64,000 nucleotides of DNA from a virus. The stretch lies in the IMG/VR virus record IMGVR_UViG_3300025168_000063, positions 1-64,000 of that record. One strand, 5' to 3'. The first letter of the stretch is position 1; the number at the start of each line of letters is the position of its first letter. Of this stretch, positions 16,969 through 27,861 are shown piece by piece. The notes below the pieces were generated by a model. That model was given only the letters and a program-made list of their open reading frames with translations, ran no database searches and was not told the DNA's origin. The translations under genes and the position numbers were made by a program.

Positions 16969-17541
16969 ATGAAAAAGGAAAAAATTTATACCTACGACCA
17001 AGTGGCAGGAGTATTGATGACGATAAGCGTTGCAATGCTATTTCTAGCATGGACGTGGAGTATGGAAAATCAAATAGAAAGGCTAGAGCATAAACTGGAA
17101 CATACTACGGATAGTTTAAATACTGCAATTGATAGTTTAATACATGAGATAGATACGCTAACATGGGAAACTCAAATATGGGATTTCAATCTATCTCAGA
17201 ATACAACTCATTTATTATCAGCTATCATCTATGTCGAAAGTAGCAATAATGACTCCGCGTATGCAGCTAGTGAAGATGCAGTCGGTTGTTTACAAATTAG
17301 AAAATGCATGGTTAAAGATGTTAATAGAATATTAAAAAGACAAAAATCAGACTCAAGATTTACATACGATGATAGATGGTCAAGAAGTAAGTCAATTAAA
17401 ATGTTTGATATTTACTGTAAGCATTACGGACTAACTACAGCAGAAGAAATAGCAAGATGTTGGAATGGAGGACCAAGAGGAATGGATAATAATATGACAG
17501 TAGGTTATTGGAAAAAAGTAAAATCAAAAATAGATAGTTAA
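16969..17541 (+). CDS. Membrane-anchored lysozyme-like protein (i-type/transglycosylase fold)
   Basis: N-terminal TM and coiled coil; VES, GCLQI, ARCWNGGP. Confidence 0.75.
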   Translation: MKKEKIYTYDQVAGVLMTISVAMLFLAWTWSMENQIERLEHKLEHTTDSLNTAIDSLIHEIDTLTWETQIWDFNLSQNTTHLLSAIIYVESSNNDSAYAASEDAVGCLQIRKCMVKDVNRILKRQKSDSRFTYDDRWSRSKSIKMFDIYCKHYGLTTAEEIARCWNGGPRGMDNNMTVGYWKKVKSKIDS

Positions 17542-17543
17542 AT

Positions 17544-18293
17544 ATGACAGCAGAACAAATAGCAGAAAATTGGGAACGTTTACTTCAATGTATTGATACA
17601 GAAATAAGCGGAGACCGTAAAAAGAAACTAACAGAATTCTATACTCACTATGAGGATAGAATAAGTATGATGCCGGCATCCAGCTTCGAGCATTTTCATA
17701 ATTGCTTTCCAGGAGGATATGTAGATCACATTCTACGAGTAGTGGAATGTGCTGTAGAGTTATATGAAGTGTGGAATCGTATGGGAGCAAACTCTGAAGA
17801 TTATACTCGAGAAGAGTTAGTATTCGCAGCAATCAATCACGACCTAGGAAAGATAGGAACTGAAGAAGGACCACAGTACTTGCCTAATCCAAGTGAGTGG
17901 CACAGAAAGAATCAAGGAAAGATTTATACAAACAATCCAGAGATACCTTTCATGATGGTACCAGATAGAACATTATTCTTATTACAAGAATGGAGCATCC
18001 CAGTATCGTATAACGAGTATGTAGGTATCAAGACACATGATGGGGTATATGACGATTCAAACAAACCTTACTTCAAGGCAAGTGGGAAGGATTCTAAATT
18101 ACAATCACACATGCCAATACTTTTACATCATGCGGACCACATGGCCTCTCGTATAGAGTATGAGAAGTGGGTGGCACAAAACGGTTCCAAACCCGCTACC
18201 CCAACTCGCGCTACAAAATCCCGCGCGCTCTCCACTGACACCTCCGAATCTGCCAAGGATGCATTCAAGAGTTTGTTTGGAGAAGATTCGTGA
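17544..18293 (+). CDS. HD-domain phosphohydrolase
   Basis: GGYVDH, HDLGK, THDG, HHAD. Confidence 0.88.
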   Translation: MTAEQIAENWERLLQCIDTEISGDRKKKLTEFYTHYEDRISMMPASSFEHFHNCFPGGYVDHILRVVECAVELYEVWNRMGANSEDYTREELVFAAINHDLGKIGTEEGPQYLPNPSEWHRKNQGKIYTNNPEIPFMMVPDRTLFLLQEWSIPVSYNEYVGIKTHDGVYDDSNKPYFKASGKDSKLQSHMPILLHHADHMASRIEYEKWVAQNGSKPATPTRATKSRALSTDTSESAKDAFKSLFGEDS

Positions 18294-18592
18294 TCACTGC
18301 AATAATAATATTATCTGTATTACTCGTAGCAAGTTGTTTTATTATATATAACTTACTACATAAGGTGGAACGACATGAAGATTTCTCAAGCCAATTGTCT
18401 AAATGGGTAGATGGTTTAAATCAAATAGCATCCAACATAGTTAAAAAAATAGATATAATTGATGAGAAAGGAATCTTCAAATCAGATGATTATGTCGGTG
18501 ACATGTATAAACAAATAAATCAACTAGTAAAAGAATTAGACACTATAATAATTAAAGATGGAACAAAAGATGGAAATGACACAAACGCTTAG
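18290..18592 (+). CDS. TM plus coiled-coil protein
   Basis: Hydrophobic N-terminus; GTGA overlap. Confidence 0.7.
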   Translation: MITAIIILSVLLVASCFIIYNLLHKVERHEDFSSQLSKWVDGLNQIASNIVKKIDIIDEKGIFKSDDYVGDMYKQINQLVKELDTIIIKDGTKDGNDTNA

Positions 18593-19415
18593 CCCAGTAC
18601 AACAATTTTATATTGACTACGCAAATAAAGTTCAAAAGGAAGAAGAACATAAGGCATGGCTGGCATCGCTGACTCCTAAAGAACGTAAGGAGCTGAAAAA
18701 GAAACGTGGTCGCCCTAGAACTAAGAAATATTACTTCGATCAAAATGTTGAAGATGCAATTATTGCATACACAGCTGAAGAACACCAACACCTCCGTGAT
18801 AAGGTATATAAAGATCATATATATAAAGCATTTGATAAACTTGCTGAAAATATAATACACACATTCAAGTTTTATTACATGGATGGAAATCATAGTGATG
18901 TTAAGCATGAAGTAGTTGCATTCCTAATAGAGAAGATGCCTAAGTTTACTAAAGGCAAAGGAAAGGCCTTTTCATATTTTTCAATAGTAGCTAAGAACTA
19001 CCTCATCATAAACAATAATAAGCAGTATGCAAGAATGAAGAAGAAGGCAGCTGTTATTACAATCGATACGGATAGAAATGTCGCAAATGAGATCTTCAGA
19101 GAAGATCGTATAGTAGAGATAAAAGATTTCTTCGATGAGTTTATTGAATATTGGGAAGTATATCTATTTAAGAAATTTTCGAAAACGAGAGATAGGCAGA
19201 TAGCAGATGCTCTTCTTGAGTTATTTAGAATACGAGAAAATATAGAGAATTTTAATAAGAAAGCATTGTATATAATGATACGTGAAATGACTGGTGTTAA
19301 AACTCTATACATAACTAAAGTAGTAAATACAATCAAACGAAGTTATCAAGTCATGTATCCGTTATATAAAAAATATGGATCAATATCTAAGATACCATCA
19401 GAACACCTCAGATAA
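18558..19415 (+). CDS. Phage late-transcription sigma factor (T4 gp55-like)
   Basis: Sigma region-2-like LAENIIH...KF.K.KGKAFSYFSIVAKNYL; located just before the structural module. Confidence 0.7.
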   Translation: MEQKMEMTQTLSPVQQFYIDYANKVQKEEEHKAWLASLTPKERKELKKKRGRPRTKKYYFDQNVEDAIIAYTAEEHQHLRDKVYKDHIYKAFDKLAENIIHTFKFYYMDGNHSDVKHEVVAFLIEKMPKFTKGKGKAFSYFSIVAKNYLIINNNKQYARMKKKAAVITIDTDRNVANEIFREDRIVEIKDFFDEFIEYWEVYLFKKFSKTRDRQIADALLELFRIRENIENFNKKALYIMIREMTGVKTLYITKVVNTIKRSYQVMYPLYKKYGSISKIPSEHLR

Positions 19416-19429
19416 TCTAACTAGCTCCA

Positions 19430-19436
19430 TATTTAT
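19430..19436 (+). promoter_or_regulatory. Putative late promoter TATTTAT
   Basis: Intergenic; motif recurs at 22830, 35486, 40238 and 44771. Confidence 0.65.
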
Positions 19437-19460
19437 TATCAGGAATTAGGAGTTTACAAT

Positions 19461-19841
19461 ATGAATTTTGAAGATCAGGAATTATTTAAAGGTAAGTCGT
19501 TCTCATCCTTATTAAAGGATATATACACTACCACTAAAAATAAAGAAAAACAAATCAATATACTAATTAGTGAATTAAAACCACTAGTTAAGAATATTGG
19601 TGATGCTACTATTATAGTACCTCTAATCAAAGAGTACTTGGAAGTTGGTGTTAAGAATGATGAGCATCTAGTCAAGATGGCAGCGGTAGTTCAGCGAGCA
19701 ATGACTCGTGTAGAAGCTTCCGGAGGAGATTTGATATTGTCTGATGATGAAAAGCAGCAACTATTAGATACGATGAACGACATGGAAGATCCGGTTCAAC
19801 AAAGCAAACTTGATGTCGTAAAGTCGAAAGTGAGTAAATAA
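19461..19841 (+). CDS. Hypothetical helical protein
   Basis: AGGAG SD; 126 aa. Confidence 0.8.
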   Translation: MNFEDQELFKGKSFSSLLKDIYTTTKNKEKQINILISELKPLVKNIGDATIIVPLIKEYLEVGVKNDEHLVKMAAVVQRAMTRVEASGGDLILSDDEKQQLLDTMNDMEDPVQQSKLDVVKSKVSK

Positions 19842-19842
19842 C

Positions 19843-21135
19843 ATGACGGGCTATTATGGACAATTTGAAAGTAATGATAATGCTACTACAAGTGGAATTC
19901 ACTCTATACCACCTGCAGAAGGACCTGACTCAGTAATGCAATTAGCTTTAGTAGTTAAGGTAGTAACAACTCCAACAAAAACCCATTCAGCAGGAACGAT
20001 ACAATTCAGACCATTACAAGATGGTAGTGTAATTGATGCACCCAATAAACACCTACAATACGCAAGACCTGTAAATCAATTATTTGTTACTGTCCCAGTT
20101 ATAGGTGAATATGTTTATATAATCAATGGTCCGCACGGTACGAGCAATAGACCTGACCAGTTAGGAAAGGATGTGTGTCGACATTTCTATATGACTCCAA
20201 TTTCTATTCGAGGAGATATAAATCATAATGTAAGTAGTGATAATTGGAATGTACTACTATCACATTCCCCAATGGAAGGTGACGCTGAAAACTATGAATC
20301 TAATTCAGACACACCACCACCCGATACTGATGAAGATATAAGAAAAAGTCTCGGTAACGATTTCCATCGTAATTCAACGTACGAAGAAGGAGTTGAATCT
20401 ACATTGGTAATGTCTCCTACAATATTTGAAGGTGATGTATTGTTAAATGGAAGATTTGGTCAATCCATTAGAATGTCTACAACTATATCAGAAGGTGCAA
20501 GTGAAACATGGAGAGGAACAGCTAATCTAGAATTAGATCCACCATACTTAAAACCAATAACTATTATTAGAAATGGCTTACCAGAGGGAACTGAAGATAG
20601 GTATGTAGATAATCTAGAAACGGACCCATCAGCAATTTATTTAACAAATGGCCAATTCATACCAGAACTGAAAAATCTAACACCGTTTGGTAATTCTAGA
20701 GGTATGGATATAGGCGAATTATTTGAACATGGTAACCTAGGTGCAGGTGTCAATCAATGTATAATCAGAGCGGATCGAATTATGTCTATAGCACGTAGAG
20801 AAATATACGCTTGGAGTGAGCTCGGTATATCATTAGCAACAAGAGGTACAGTTTCGATAGATGCAGGACCACTATGCATTATTGATGGCTCTCAAATTAA
20901 TCTAGGTACAGGAGCTGGAAGTAACACCGATGATAGAGATCTTACTTATGCGGTAAGAGGAGAACAACTGCAAAGAGTGCTATTGGAAATAATAAATGCA
21001 TTCTCAACAACAACCGTAGTAGCAGGTGGTGTCACTGGTAATCTGATCCCACTACCATCACTAAGCCAGATGTATTCAGATATAGTAGATGGACAAGAAA
21101 CGGGATTATTTAGCAAAAAAGTTTTCTTAGAGTAG
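19843..21135 (+). CDS. Baseplate hub/spike protein (gp5/gpV-like)
   Basis: OB-fold-like VPVIGEYVYI; EGDVLLNGRFGQSIR; beta-rich C-terminus; upstream of gp25-like gene. Confidence 0.65.
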   Translation: MTGYYGQFESNDNATTSGIHSIPPAEGPDSVMQLALVVKVVTTPTKTHSAGTIQFRPLQDGSVIDAPNKHLQYARPVNQLFVTVPVIGEYVYIINGPHGTSNRPDQLGKDVCRHFYMTPISIRGDINHNVSSDNWNVLLSHSPMEGDAENYESNSDTPPPDTDEDIRKSLGNDFHRNSTYEEGVESTLVMSPTIFEGDVLLNGRFGQSIRMSTTISEGASETWRGTANLELDPPYLKPITIIRNGLPEGTEDRYVDNLETDPSAIYLTNGQFIPELKNLTPFGNSRGMDIGELFEHGNLGAGVNQCIIRADRIMSIARREIYAWSELGISLATRGTVSIDAGPLCIIDGSQINLGTGAGSNTDDRDLTYAVRGEQLQRVLLEIINAFSTTTVVAGGVTGNLIPLPSLSQMYSDIVDGQETGLFSKKVFLE

Positions 21136-21138
21136 ACA

Positions 21139-22812
21139 ATGGCACTATCCTATAGAGAAGGCGGACTTCCCCAATTCAGACCACCACCGTGTATGGCCAC
21201 TCCACCTATCCCACCCGTAATGAATCCAATGGTTAAGTTAGAACAACTAACAATCAAGCTTGCGATCAAGAAGGCTCAGATATTAGCTGGTCTTGAACAA
21301 AAGAAGCAAGAGGTCATTGCGAAAGCAAAATTAGAAATACAAAATGCAATTAAGAATGCATTGGGAATTCTTAAGAATCCACTCGAAGAACCAATCAAGA
21401 TCAAAAAAGAACAACTGAAGCGTGCAAAAGCAAAGTTGGATAAAATTATAGCTAAAAAAGAAGAGCTGGAAAGAAAGATTCAAAAATTAGTCGATCTGTA
21501 TGAGAAGTATAAAAATCTAGACGAAGTTCTATATGCAGAAGCAATGAAACTTATACAAGAGCAAATCGCAAAATATAAAATTAAGATAGAAGAAGAGCTA
21601 GCAGAGCTGAAGGCAAAAGCAAAAGAAAGAATAGATGCTGAGAAGAAACGATTAATGGCCAAGCTAGAGATTGAAGAAAAGAAAAGAAAGATTGATGAGT
21701 ATAAGAAGAAGATAGATAATGTAAAGAAAGAATATAAAAAGATTCAGGAAACAGTTCAAGAGATTAAAGAGATAGCAGAAAAGATACAGTATATAATAGA
21801 GCACGCAGACGAAGAAGCTATGAAATTTGTAATAGAAAAGTCAAAGCCAATCTTGGAGGAAAAGAAAAAAAAGTTGGAAGCAAAGCTTGAACCTCATAAG
21901 AAACGTCTTGATGAAAAGATGAAAAAGATAAAAGCTAAGATAGCTGAAATAACAGCTGGAATACCAAATATTCCAGGTGCACTTAGATATCAAATGTTTA
22001 GCATGGGAGTCACTCTGTATTGGACAGGAGCAATAATAAATCCGGGTCCAGGAGCTCCTAATGGAATTATAGTATTAAATCCAGGTTCTCCAATTATGAC
22101 ATTCAATCCAACATTTGATCTTAAAACTCAAGGAACCGATCCTGCAGAACCTATTAGACAATTAATTCCAATGTTGAAAGGACATCTAGCAACGGTAAGT
22201 GGATTGTATCTATTGCCAACTGGAACACCACCATTTACACCTCTGCCTTGGGTGGGTTACGGATCTACCATTGAGTGGGAATCGACATTTGTACAGCCAG
22301 TAGCTATGGGATTAAAAAATGGAGTAGATAGTTTAGGAAATTTATTAGCTGACAACTATGATAGAGCTATAAAGACAGGATTTCCAAATGCTCCTGCGAT
22401 ACCAATTCCTTTCACATCAGGAGTAGCTCAAAAAATAAAATCTATGACTATGATAGCTGATCTTGATGGAATAAAGGATATGTTAATGGCAATGGCGTAT
22501 GAAATTCCGATAGTACCAATAAAGCGTGAGATGGATAAACTTATTAAGAAAAAGAAGGAGCTTGAGGAGCGGATCGTCAAGCCTATACTAATAGAAAAGG
22601 AAAAAATAGAAGCAGAAATAGCTAAATTAAAAAAATACCAAATAAAGGTAGAAGAATATATGGAGTGCATGAAGGAATATGCGTTATGGGCCCAAGAACA
22701 GCAAGCTGCTGTAGCATACTACTCCGACCCATCAAATGTATTAGCGGGAGCTATAGATGGAGTAGGTAATCTTGCCAATGAAGCAGGAGACTTAGGCAGT
22801 ATCCCAAGCTAG
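21139..22812 (+). CDS. Coiled-coil protein in the baseplate cluster
   Basis: About 250-aa K/E coiled coil, Pro/Gly-rich globular part, second coiled coil. Confidence 0.75.
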   Translation: MALSYREGGLPQFRPPPCMATPPIPPVMNPMVKLEQLTIKLAIKKAQILAGLEQKKQEVIAKAKLEIQNAIKNALGILKNPLEEPIKIKKEQLKRAKAKLDKIIAKKEELERKIQKLVDLYEKYKNLDEVLYAEAMKLIQEQIAKYKIKIEEELAELKAKAKERIDAEKKRLMAKLEIEEKKRKIDEYKKKIDNVKKEYKKIQETVQEIKEIAEKIQYIIEHADEEAMKFVIEKSKPILEEKKKKLEAKLEPHKKRLDEKMKKIKAKIAEITAGIPNIPGALRYQMFSMGVTLYWTGAIINPGPGAPNGIIVLNPGSPIMTFNPTFDLKTQGTDPAEPIRQLIPMLKGHLATVSGLYLLPTGTPPFTPLPWVGYGSTIEWESTFVQPVAMGLKNGVDSLGNLLADNYDRAIKTGFPNAPAIPIPFTSGVAQKIKSMTMIADLDGIKDMLMAMAYEIPIVPIKREMDKLIKKKKELEERIVKPILIEKEKIEAEIAKLKKYQIKVEEYMECMKEYALWAQEQQAAVAYYSDPSNVLAGAIDGVGNLANEAGDLGSIPS

Positions 22813-22829
22813 AAACTTAATGTAACATA

Positions 22830-22836
22830 TATTTAT
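22830..22836 (+). promoter_or_regulatory. Putative late promoter TATTTAT
   Basis: Intergenic, followed by AGGAG. Confidence 0.65.
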
Positions 22837-22852
22837 ATCCAGGAGATACTAA

Positions 22853-23365
22853 ATGAAAAAATCAGAATTAATTCAAACAATTAAGGAAGCATTGATTCCA
22901 GAAATTGAAAAAATCGTAACGAAACGTGTAAACATCGCAACTGCGCAGATTATCAGAGAGAATAGAAAATCTGCAAAGCCCGCGATTCAAAAAACTGAAA
23001 CATCTTTGTCAAGTTTAATGAGTGAAAAGTCTGAACCTAATTCTTATGAAGTACGGGGAGAAAAAAGTTATACTAAGCAAACATTCGTTAAAGGTAATGA
23101 TGTGTTGAATGATATGCTGAATGAAACAGCTCAACAAGCTCAAGAGTATAAAACGATGGGAGGTGGTGAGTATACATCAGATATGGCTAAAAACTTCAGA
23201 GCAGCAAATCCAATGGATGCTTTCGGAGGTGGTAAGCCAACAGCTGATCAAATGATCCCAGACGATCGTAGAGGTAGAGATATACCAGATGCATTGGCTA
23301 CTGCATTAACAAAAGATTATTCATCATTGGTGAAATCAGATTCATTCAATAAAAGAAAAAAATAA
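22853..23365 (+). CDS. Hypothetical late protein
   Basis: MKKSELIQTIKE...LNDMLNETA...ALTKDYS; SD present. Confidence 0.8.
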   Translation: MKKSELIQTIKEALIPEIEKIVTKRVNIATAQIIRENRKSAKPAIQKTETSLSSLMSEKSEPNSYEVRGEKSYTKQTFVKGNDVLNDMLNETAQQAQEYKTMGGGEYTSDMAKNFRAANPMDAFGGGKPTADQMIPDDRRGRDIPDALATALTKDYSSLVKSDSFNKRKK

Positions 23366-23376
23366 GAGTACGGTAG

Positions 23377-23973
23377 ATGCCAAATTACTTGGATCCATTA
23401 ACAGCAGCAGAACTGCAAGCTAATCAAGAGCAGGCAGGACTAGCTAATTATGCAGCAGGATTTATTCCTAAGTTCATAGCTCCTATTGATATGGACCCAA
23501 ATATATCCATAGGATTTACGTTACCATTTGGTACGACTCAGACTGGACCTAGCTTTAATGCAAGCTTCACAACAATAGAAGCGGTACGACATAATTTAGC
23601 AAATCTACTACTAACTACAAGAGGTGAGCGGTTATCAAATCCAAGCTTTGGTTCAAATCTAAAATTTATATTATTCGAACCAAATGACGATAATGTTATA
23701 GCACTAATACGAGCAGCAGTAAATGAGGCAGTTAAAGAGCACATGTCGTATATAGATATATTGGATATAGATGTAGATAGATATGATAACGGAACATCAC
23801 TATCTGCAACTTTAAATGTAACAATAACATTCTCCATAAACGATGGTGCGGATCAAGCGGCTATAGGAATACCTCTAGTGCTAGCAGACTTCGATGGAGG
23901 AATGGGAGGAACGTCTCAACAGAATATGGACTTAGCGGCGAATAGTCTTTCGTCAGCAGGAGGAGGATACTAA
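23377..23973 (+). CDS. Baseplate wedge subunit (gp25/GPW-like)
   Basis: NLLLTTRGERLSNPSFGSNLKFILFEP. Confidence 0.9.
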   Translation: MPNYLDPLTAAELQANQEQAGLANYAAGFIPKFIAPIDMDPNISIGFTLPFGTTQTGPSFNASFTTIEAVRHNLANLLLTTRGERLSNPSFGSNLKFILFEPNDDNVIALIRAAVNEAVKEHMSYIDILDIDVDRYDNGTSLSATLNVTITFSINDGADQAAIGIPLVLADFDGGMGGTSQQNMDLAANSLSSAGGGY

Positions 23974-25850
23974 TGCCAACAGAAAATGTAAAACGTGAAA
24001 TAAGATATTTAAGCAAAGACTTTGCTGGGTTTCGTGATGCACTAGTGCAACACGCCAAGACTTATTTTCCATCTACCTACAACGACTTTAGTGATGCATC
24101 ATTAGGTATGATGCTAATAGAAATGTCAGCTTACGTTGGCGACGTTCTATCATACTACATGGACGACCAGATTAAAGAAACAATGCTATCACACGCAACA
24201 CAACGAGATAATGTAGTTGCAATGGCACAAGCTCTGGGATATAGACCCAAACCATCAGTACCAGCCATAGCTAAATTAAAACTATACCAATTGATTCCGG
24301 CTAAAGATTCTAATGATGAACCAGACTTCAGATACGCTTTAAATATAAAAGAAGGCATGACGGTTAAATCATCCGCTGGAAAGACTGAATTTAGAACCAA
24401 CGACTCAGTTGACTTTGCAGCATCTAGTTCTCAAAATCCAACTGAAATATCTGTATACTCATCTGATGATGCTACAAATAAACCAACATATTATTTGGTA
24501 AAGAAAGATGTGTTCGCAACATCGGGAAAAGTAAAGAGTCATTCTGTTACCGTTGGAAATCCATCACAATTCTTTAAAATTAAACTACCTGACAATAATA
24601 TCATTCGAATAATAAAAGTCGTAGATTCAAACGGAAACACGTGGTCGGAAGTTCCATATCTAGCCCAAGATGTAAAGTTTGAAGATATAAGAAATGACGC
24701 TGCTAATGATAGTCGTCTATCACAATATAGTGATGAGTCTCCATATCTACTTAAACTAAAACGGATACCAAAACGATTTACAACCAAGATAACATCTAAA
24801 AATCTAATGGAGCTGCAATTCGGATCGGGTATATCAACACAAGCTGATGAAGAATTAATACCAAATCCAGATAATATTGGTATTCAAACTAAGGATGGTA
24901 GACAATCATTAGATGCGGGATTCGATCCAAGCAACTTTATGTATACTAAAGCATATGGAGAAGCGCCAGCCAACGTCAGCTTAACAGTAACTTATATGAT
25001 AGGTGATGGATTACAATCCAATGTATCTGCTGGCACACTGACAAAGATTCAAACAATATCATATACGGAAAATGCTGTAGCACAGCAAGATCTGTCATCT
25101 GCAGTATTGGCTTCGGCAAGGAACTCGGTAGCAGCCACGAATGAAGACCCAGCTCAAGGAGGTCGTTCATTTGAAACTACAGAAGAAATTAGACAAAATG
25201 CTATGGCAGCATATGGATCTCAAATGAGAGCTGTAACACGAGAAGATTATATTGGGAGATTGTATTCAATGCCATCACAATATGGTAGTGTAGCCAAAGC
25301 ATACATAGTACAAGATTTTCAATTGAATGCATATACTAACGAAGAAGAATCAAATCCTCTAGCATTATGTCTCTACACTTTGAGCTATAACAAAAGCAAG
25401 AAACTAACCACTACTGGTGAAGCAACTAAGGAAAATATTAAAACATATTTGTCTCAGTATAGACTAATGACTGATGCAATAAATATAAAAAATGGCCATG
25501 TTATTAATATTGGAATTAACTTTGAAGTAATAGTAATCCCAAGCTTCAATAGCAACGAAGTTTTATTAAAGTGTATAAACGGGTTAAAGGGAAAATTCTC
25601 AACTGATAGAATGCAGTTTAACGAACCAATATTAATAAGTGAGATATACTCACAACTATCATCAGTGGAAGGTGTACAATCGGTTACCAATGTTGCACTT
25701 GTAAATAAAGTAGGAGGAGATTATTCTTCAAACGCATATGATATCGAAGGTGCAACTATAAACAAAGTACTCTACCCAGCTGTCGATCCATCAATATTTG
25801 AAATCAAATATCCAGATGTAGATATCGTGGGAAGACTAGCAACCTATTAG
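23973..25850 (+). CDS. Baseplate wedge protein (gp6/baseplate J-like)
   Basis: KDF...YNDFS...AQALGY; GGRSFETTEEIR; RAVTREDY. Confidence 0.9.
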   Translation: MPTENVKREIRYLSKDFAGFRDALVQHAKTYFPSTYNDFSDASLGMMLIEMSAYVGDVLSYYMDDQIKETMLSHATQRDNVVAMAQALGYRPKPSVPAIAKLKLYQLIPAKDSNDEPDFRYALNIKEGMTVKSSAGKTEFRTNDSVDFAASSSQNPTEISVYSSDDATNKPTYYLVKKDVFATSGKVKSHSVTVGNPSQFFKIKLPDNNIIRIIKVVDSNGNTWSEVPYLAQDVKFEDIRNDAANDSRLSQYSDESPYLLKLKRIPKRFTTKITSKNLMELQFGSGISTQADEELIPNPDNIGIQTKDGRQSLDAGFDPSNFMYTKAYGEAPANVSLTVTYMIGDGLQSNVSAGTLTKIQTISYTENAVAQQDLSSAVLASARNSVAATNEDPAQGGRSFETTEEIRQNAMAAYGSQMRAVTREDYIGRLYSMPSQYGSVAKAYIVQDFQLNAYTNEEESNPLALCLYTLSYNKSKKLTTTGEATKENIKTYLSQYRLMTDAINIKNGHVINIGINFEVIVIPSFNSNEVLLKCINGLKGKFSTDRMQFNEPILISEIYSQLSSVEGVQSVTNVALVNKVGGDYSSNAYDIEGATINKVLYPAVDPSIFEIKYPDVDIVGRLATY

Positions 25851-25860
25851 GAGACTGTAA

Positions 25861-27033
25861 ATGATATATTTTTATTATCCAACAAAGGATACAACCATAT
25901 ATGAAGAGGATACTAGTAAGAATACTGGTAAGGATGAGATAATCGAGCTTACTAAGATAACATCTGGTTCGACAAGGCGAGAAGATAATTTAGCTGTATA
26001 TGGTAATACATTCAACACTAGAATCTTATTACAATTTGATTATGCAAATTTGTCTGCATCTATTGTTGGTGGAACAATACCAACATTTAGCACTTCGTCT
26101 ACAACCAACTCAGCTGCCTTTATGAAGCTTCACGTATCAAGAGAAGAAGCAATCACAGACTCAGAAACTATTGAAATGCAACCACTGAGTATGAGTTCTG
26201 ATTTGAATTGGACTGAAGGAAAGGGTAGAGATAAAAGTATAAACGAATCCGGACTTGCGATCGCAGAAGGGGGAGCGTCGTGGACTCACTCTCGACTAGA
26301 ATCAAATACGGTTTGGGATACAACGCGATATAGTCCAGCTGTAAACGCTAAAAACAATTGGGCAACAAATTCAGGTGGTGGTACGTGGCATAGAAATGAT
26401 GCATATTCAGGCTCGCAAGATTTGACAACCACATCTGGTGATATATCCATAGACATAACAAATGGAATAGGACATCATTTAGATGGGACTCTAGCTAACA
26501 AAGGATGGGTAGTAAAAAGAACAGATGCTAATGAAACTAATAATAGCCGTTATGGATCGCATAAATATTTTTCAATAGATACTCATACAATATATGCTCC
26601 TAAATTAGAAATAAAGTGGGATGATTCAACAATTGAAGGAACTGGATCATCTACAACTCTATCAGCTGATGACATATTAGTATATCCAAAGAATAATAAA
26701 GGAGAATACAAAAAAGATTCGAGAGAGCGAATTAGAGTTTCAAGCAGAGAAAAATATCCAACGAAGACTTACGCAACATCGTCAGACTATTCCACTACAA
26801 ATTATCTACCAGCAACTTCGTATTGGGGAATTAAAGATTTACAAACAGAAGAACATGTTATAGATTTTGATACTAACTATACAAAGCTGAGTTGTGATGC
26901 AAACGGGAATTACTTTGACTTCTGGATGGATGGATTACAACCCGAAAGATATTATAAATTTATATTCAGAGTAGACCGTGGAACTAGAAAGCAGTTCTTT
27001 GATGAAGATTTTGCATTTAAGATAGTGAGATAG
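25861..27033 (+). CDS. Virion protein, DNRLRE-like domain
   Basis: KDTTIYE, RILLQFD, IDIT...NKGWVVK, PKLEIKW. Confidence 0.7.
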   Translation: MIYFYYPTKDTTIYEEDTSKNTGKDEIIELTKITSGSTRREDNLAVYGNTFNTRILLQFDYANLSASIVGGTIPTFSTSSTTNSAAFMKLHVSREEAITDSETIEMQPLSMSSDLNWTEGKGRDKSINESGLAIAEGGASWTHSRLESNTVWDTTRYSPAVNAKNNWATNSGGGTWHRNDAYSGSQDLTTTSGDISIDITNGIGHHLDGTLANKGWVVKRTDANETNNSRYGSHKYFSIDTHTIYAPKLEIKWDDSTIEGTGSSTTLSADDILVYPKNNKGEYKKDSRERIRVSSREKYPTKTYATSSDYSTTNYLPATSYWGIKDLQTEEHVIDFDTNYTKLSCDANGNYFDFWMDGLQPERYYKFIFRVDRGTRKQFFDEDFAFKIVR

Positions 27034-27037
27034 GAAT

Positions 27038-27859
27038 ATGGTAAAAGTAGCAGGCGGATATAGTGTTGGTGATGATATAAAAATGGACAACAAACAATCC
27101 ATGAAATCATACGTTAACTTCAGCAGGCTTGGAGAAGATATGCTTTCTGAATCGGATTATACTCCAGAAGAAGATTATGTATACAAACCAGTATCTGAAA
27201 CAGATCCTTGGTTCACTAAGGATTACATTACTGTACACCATACATCCGGAGGAGAATTTTTCATACAACGAAAGGATGGTACAGAACCAAACAATATGGC
27301 ACAAACATATGCCGGACCATATTTTGTATGGAAACGGGATCCAGAATATAGCTCAGGGCGACGAACTAACTATGGTATTGAAGGAGAGGCTGTAATAGGT
27401 AAATCATATTATGGGAAGCATGGATATGGTAAGCCAAAAAATCAAGGACTACGATCTAATAGGATATTAGAGGGACTCACAACTATACTAAGACAGCCAT
27501 TAGGTGGCGAGTCTTTCTTCGTTAGTGATGCTCCAGATCCAGAACCGTCTCCACAGCCAAAGAATAGATATGAGATTGAAGAGGCTAGAAAAAAGGGCAT
27601 CCATTTAGACAAAGTAGCCCAAAAGTCAGTCAACCTACCATCAGCTATAAAGATAAATAATATTAGTGAGCATAAATACATACACACTACGGATTTGATA
27701 TCACTATCTCCTGGAATAGAAATCCTAAAACAGCCAAATACAAATATAAATGCTCTTGCTCCATCGAACAAGAAGTTTGGTATGAAAGGAAGAGCTCCAA
27801 TAATAACAGATCAACCAAATACAAAAATAGACTTTAACAATAGACCGATAGGTGGATAG
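27038..27859 (+). CDS. Hypothetical protein in the structural cluster
   Basis: 273-aa ORF in operon. Confidence 0.7.
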   Translation: MVKVAGGYSVGDDIKMDNKQSMKSYVNFSRLGEDMLSESDYTPEEDYVYKPVSETDPWFTKDYITVHHTSGGEFFIQRKDGTEPNNMAQTYAGPYFVWKRDPEYSSGRRTNYGIEGEAVIGKSYYGKHGYGKPKNQGLRSNRILEGLTTILRQPLGGESFFVSDAPDPEPSPQPKNRYEIEEARKKGIHLDKVAQKSVNLPSAIKINNISEHKYIHTTDLISLSPGIEILKQPNTNINALAPSNKKFGMKGRAPIITDQPNTKIDFNNRPIGG

Positions 27860-27861
27860 TC

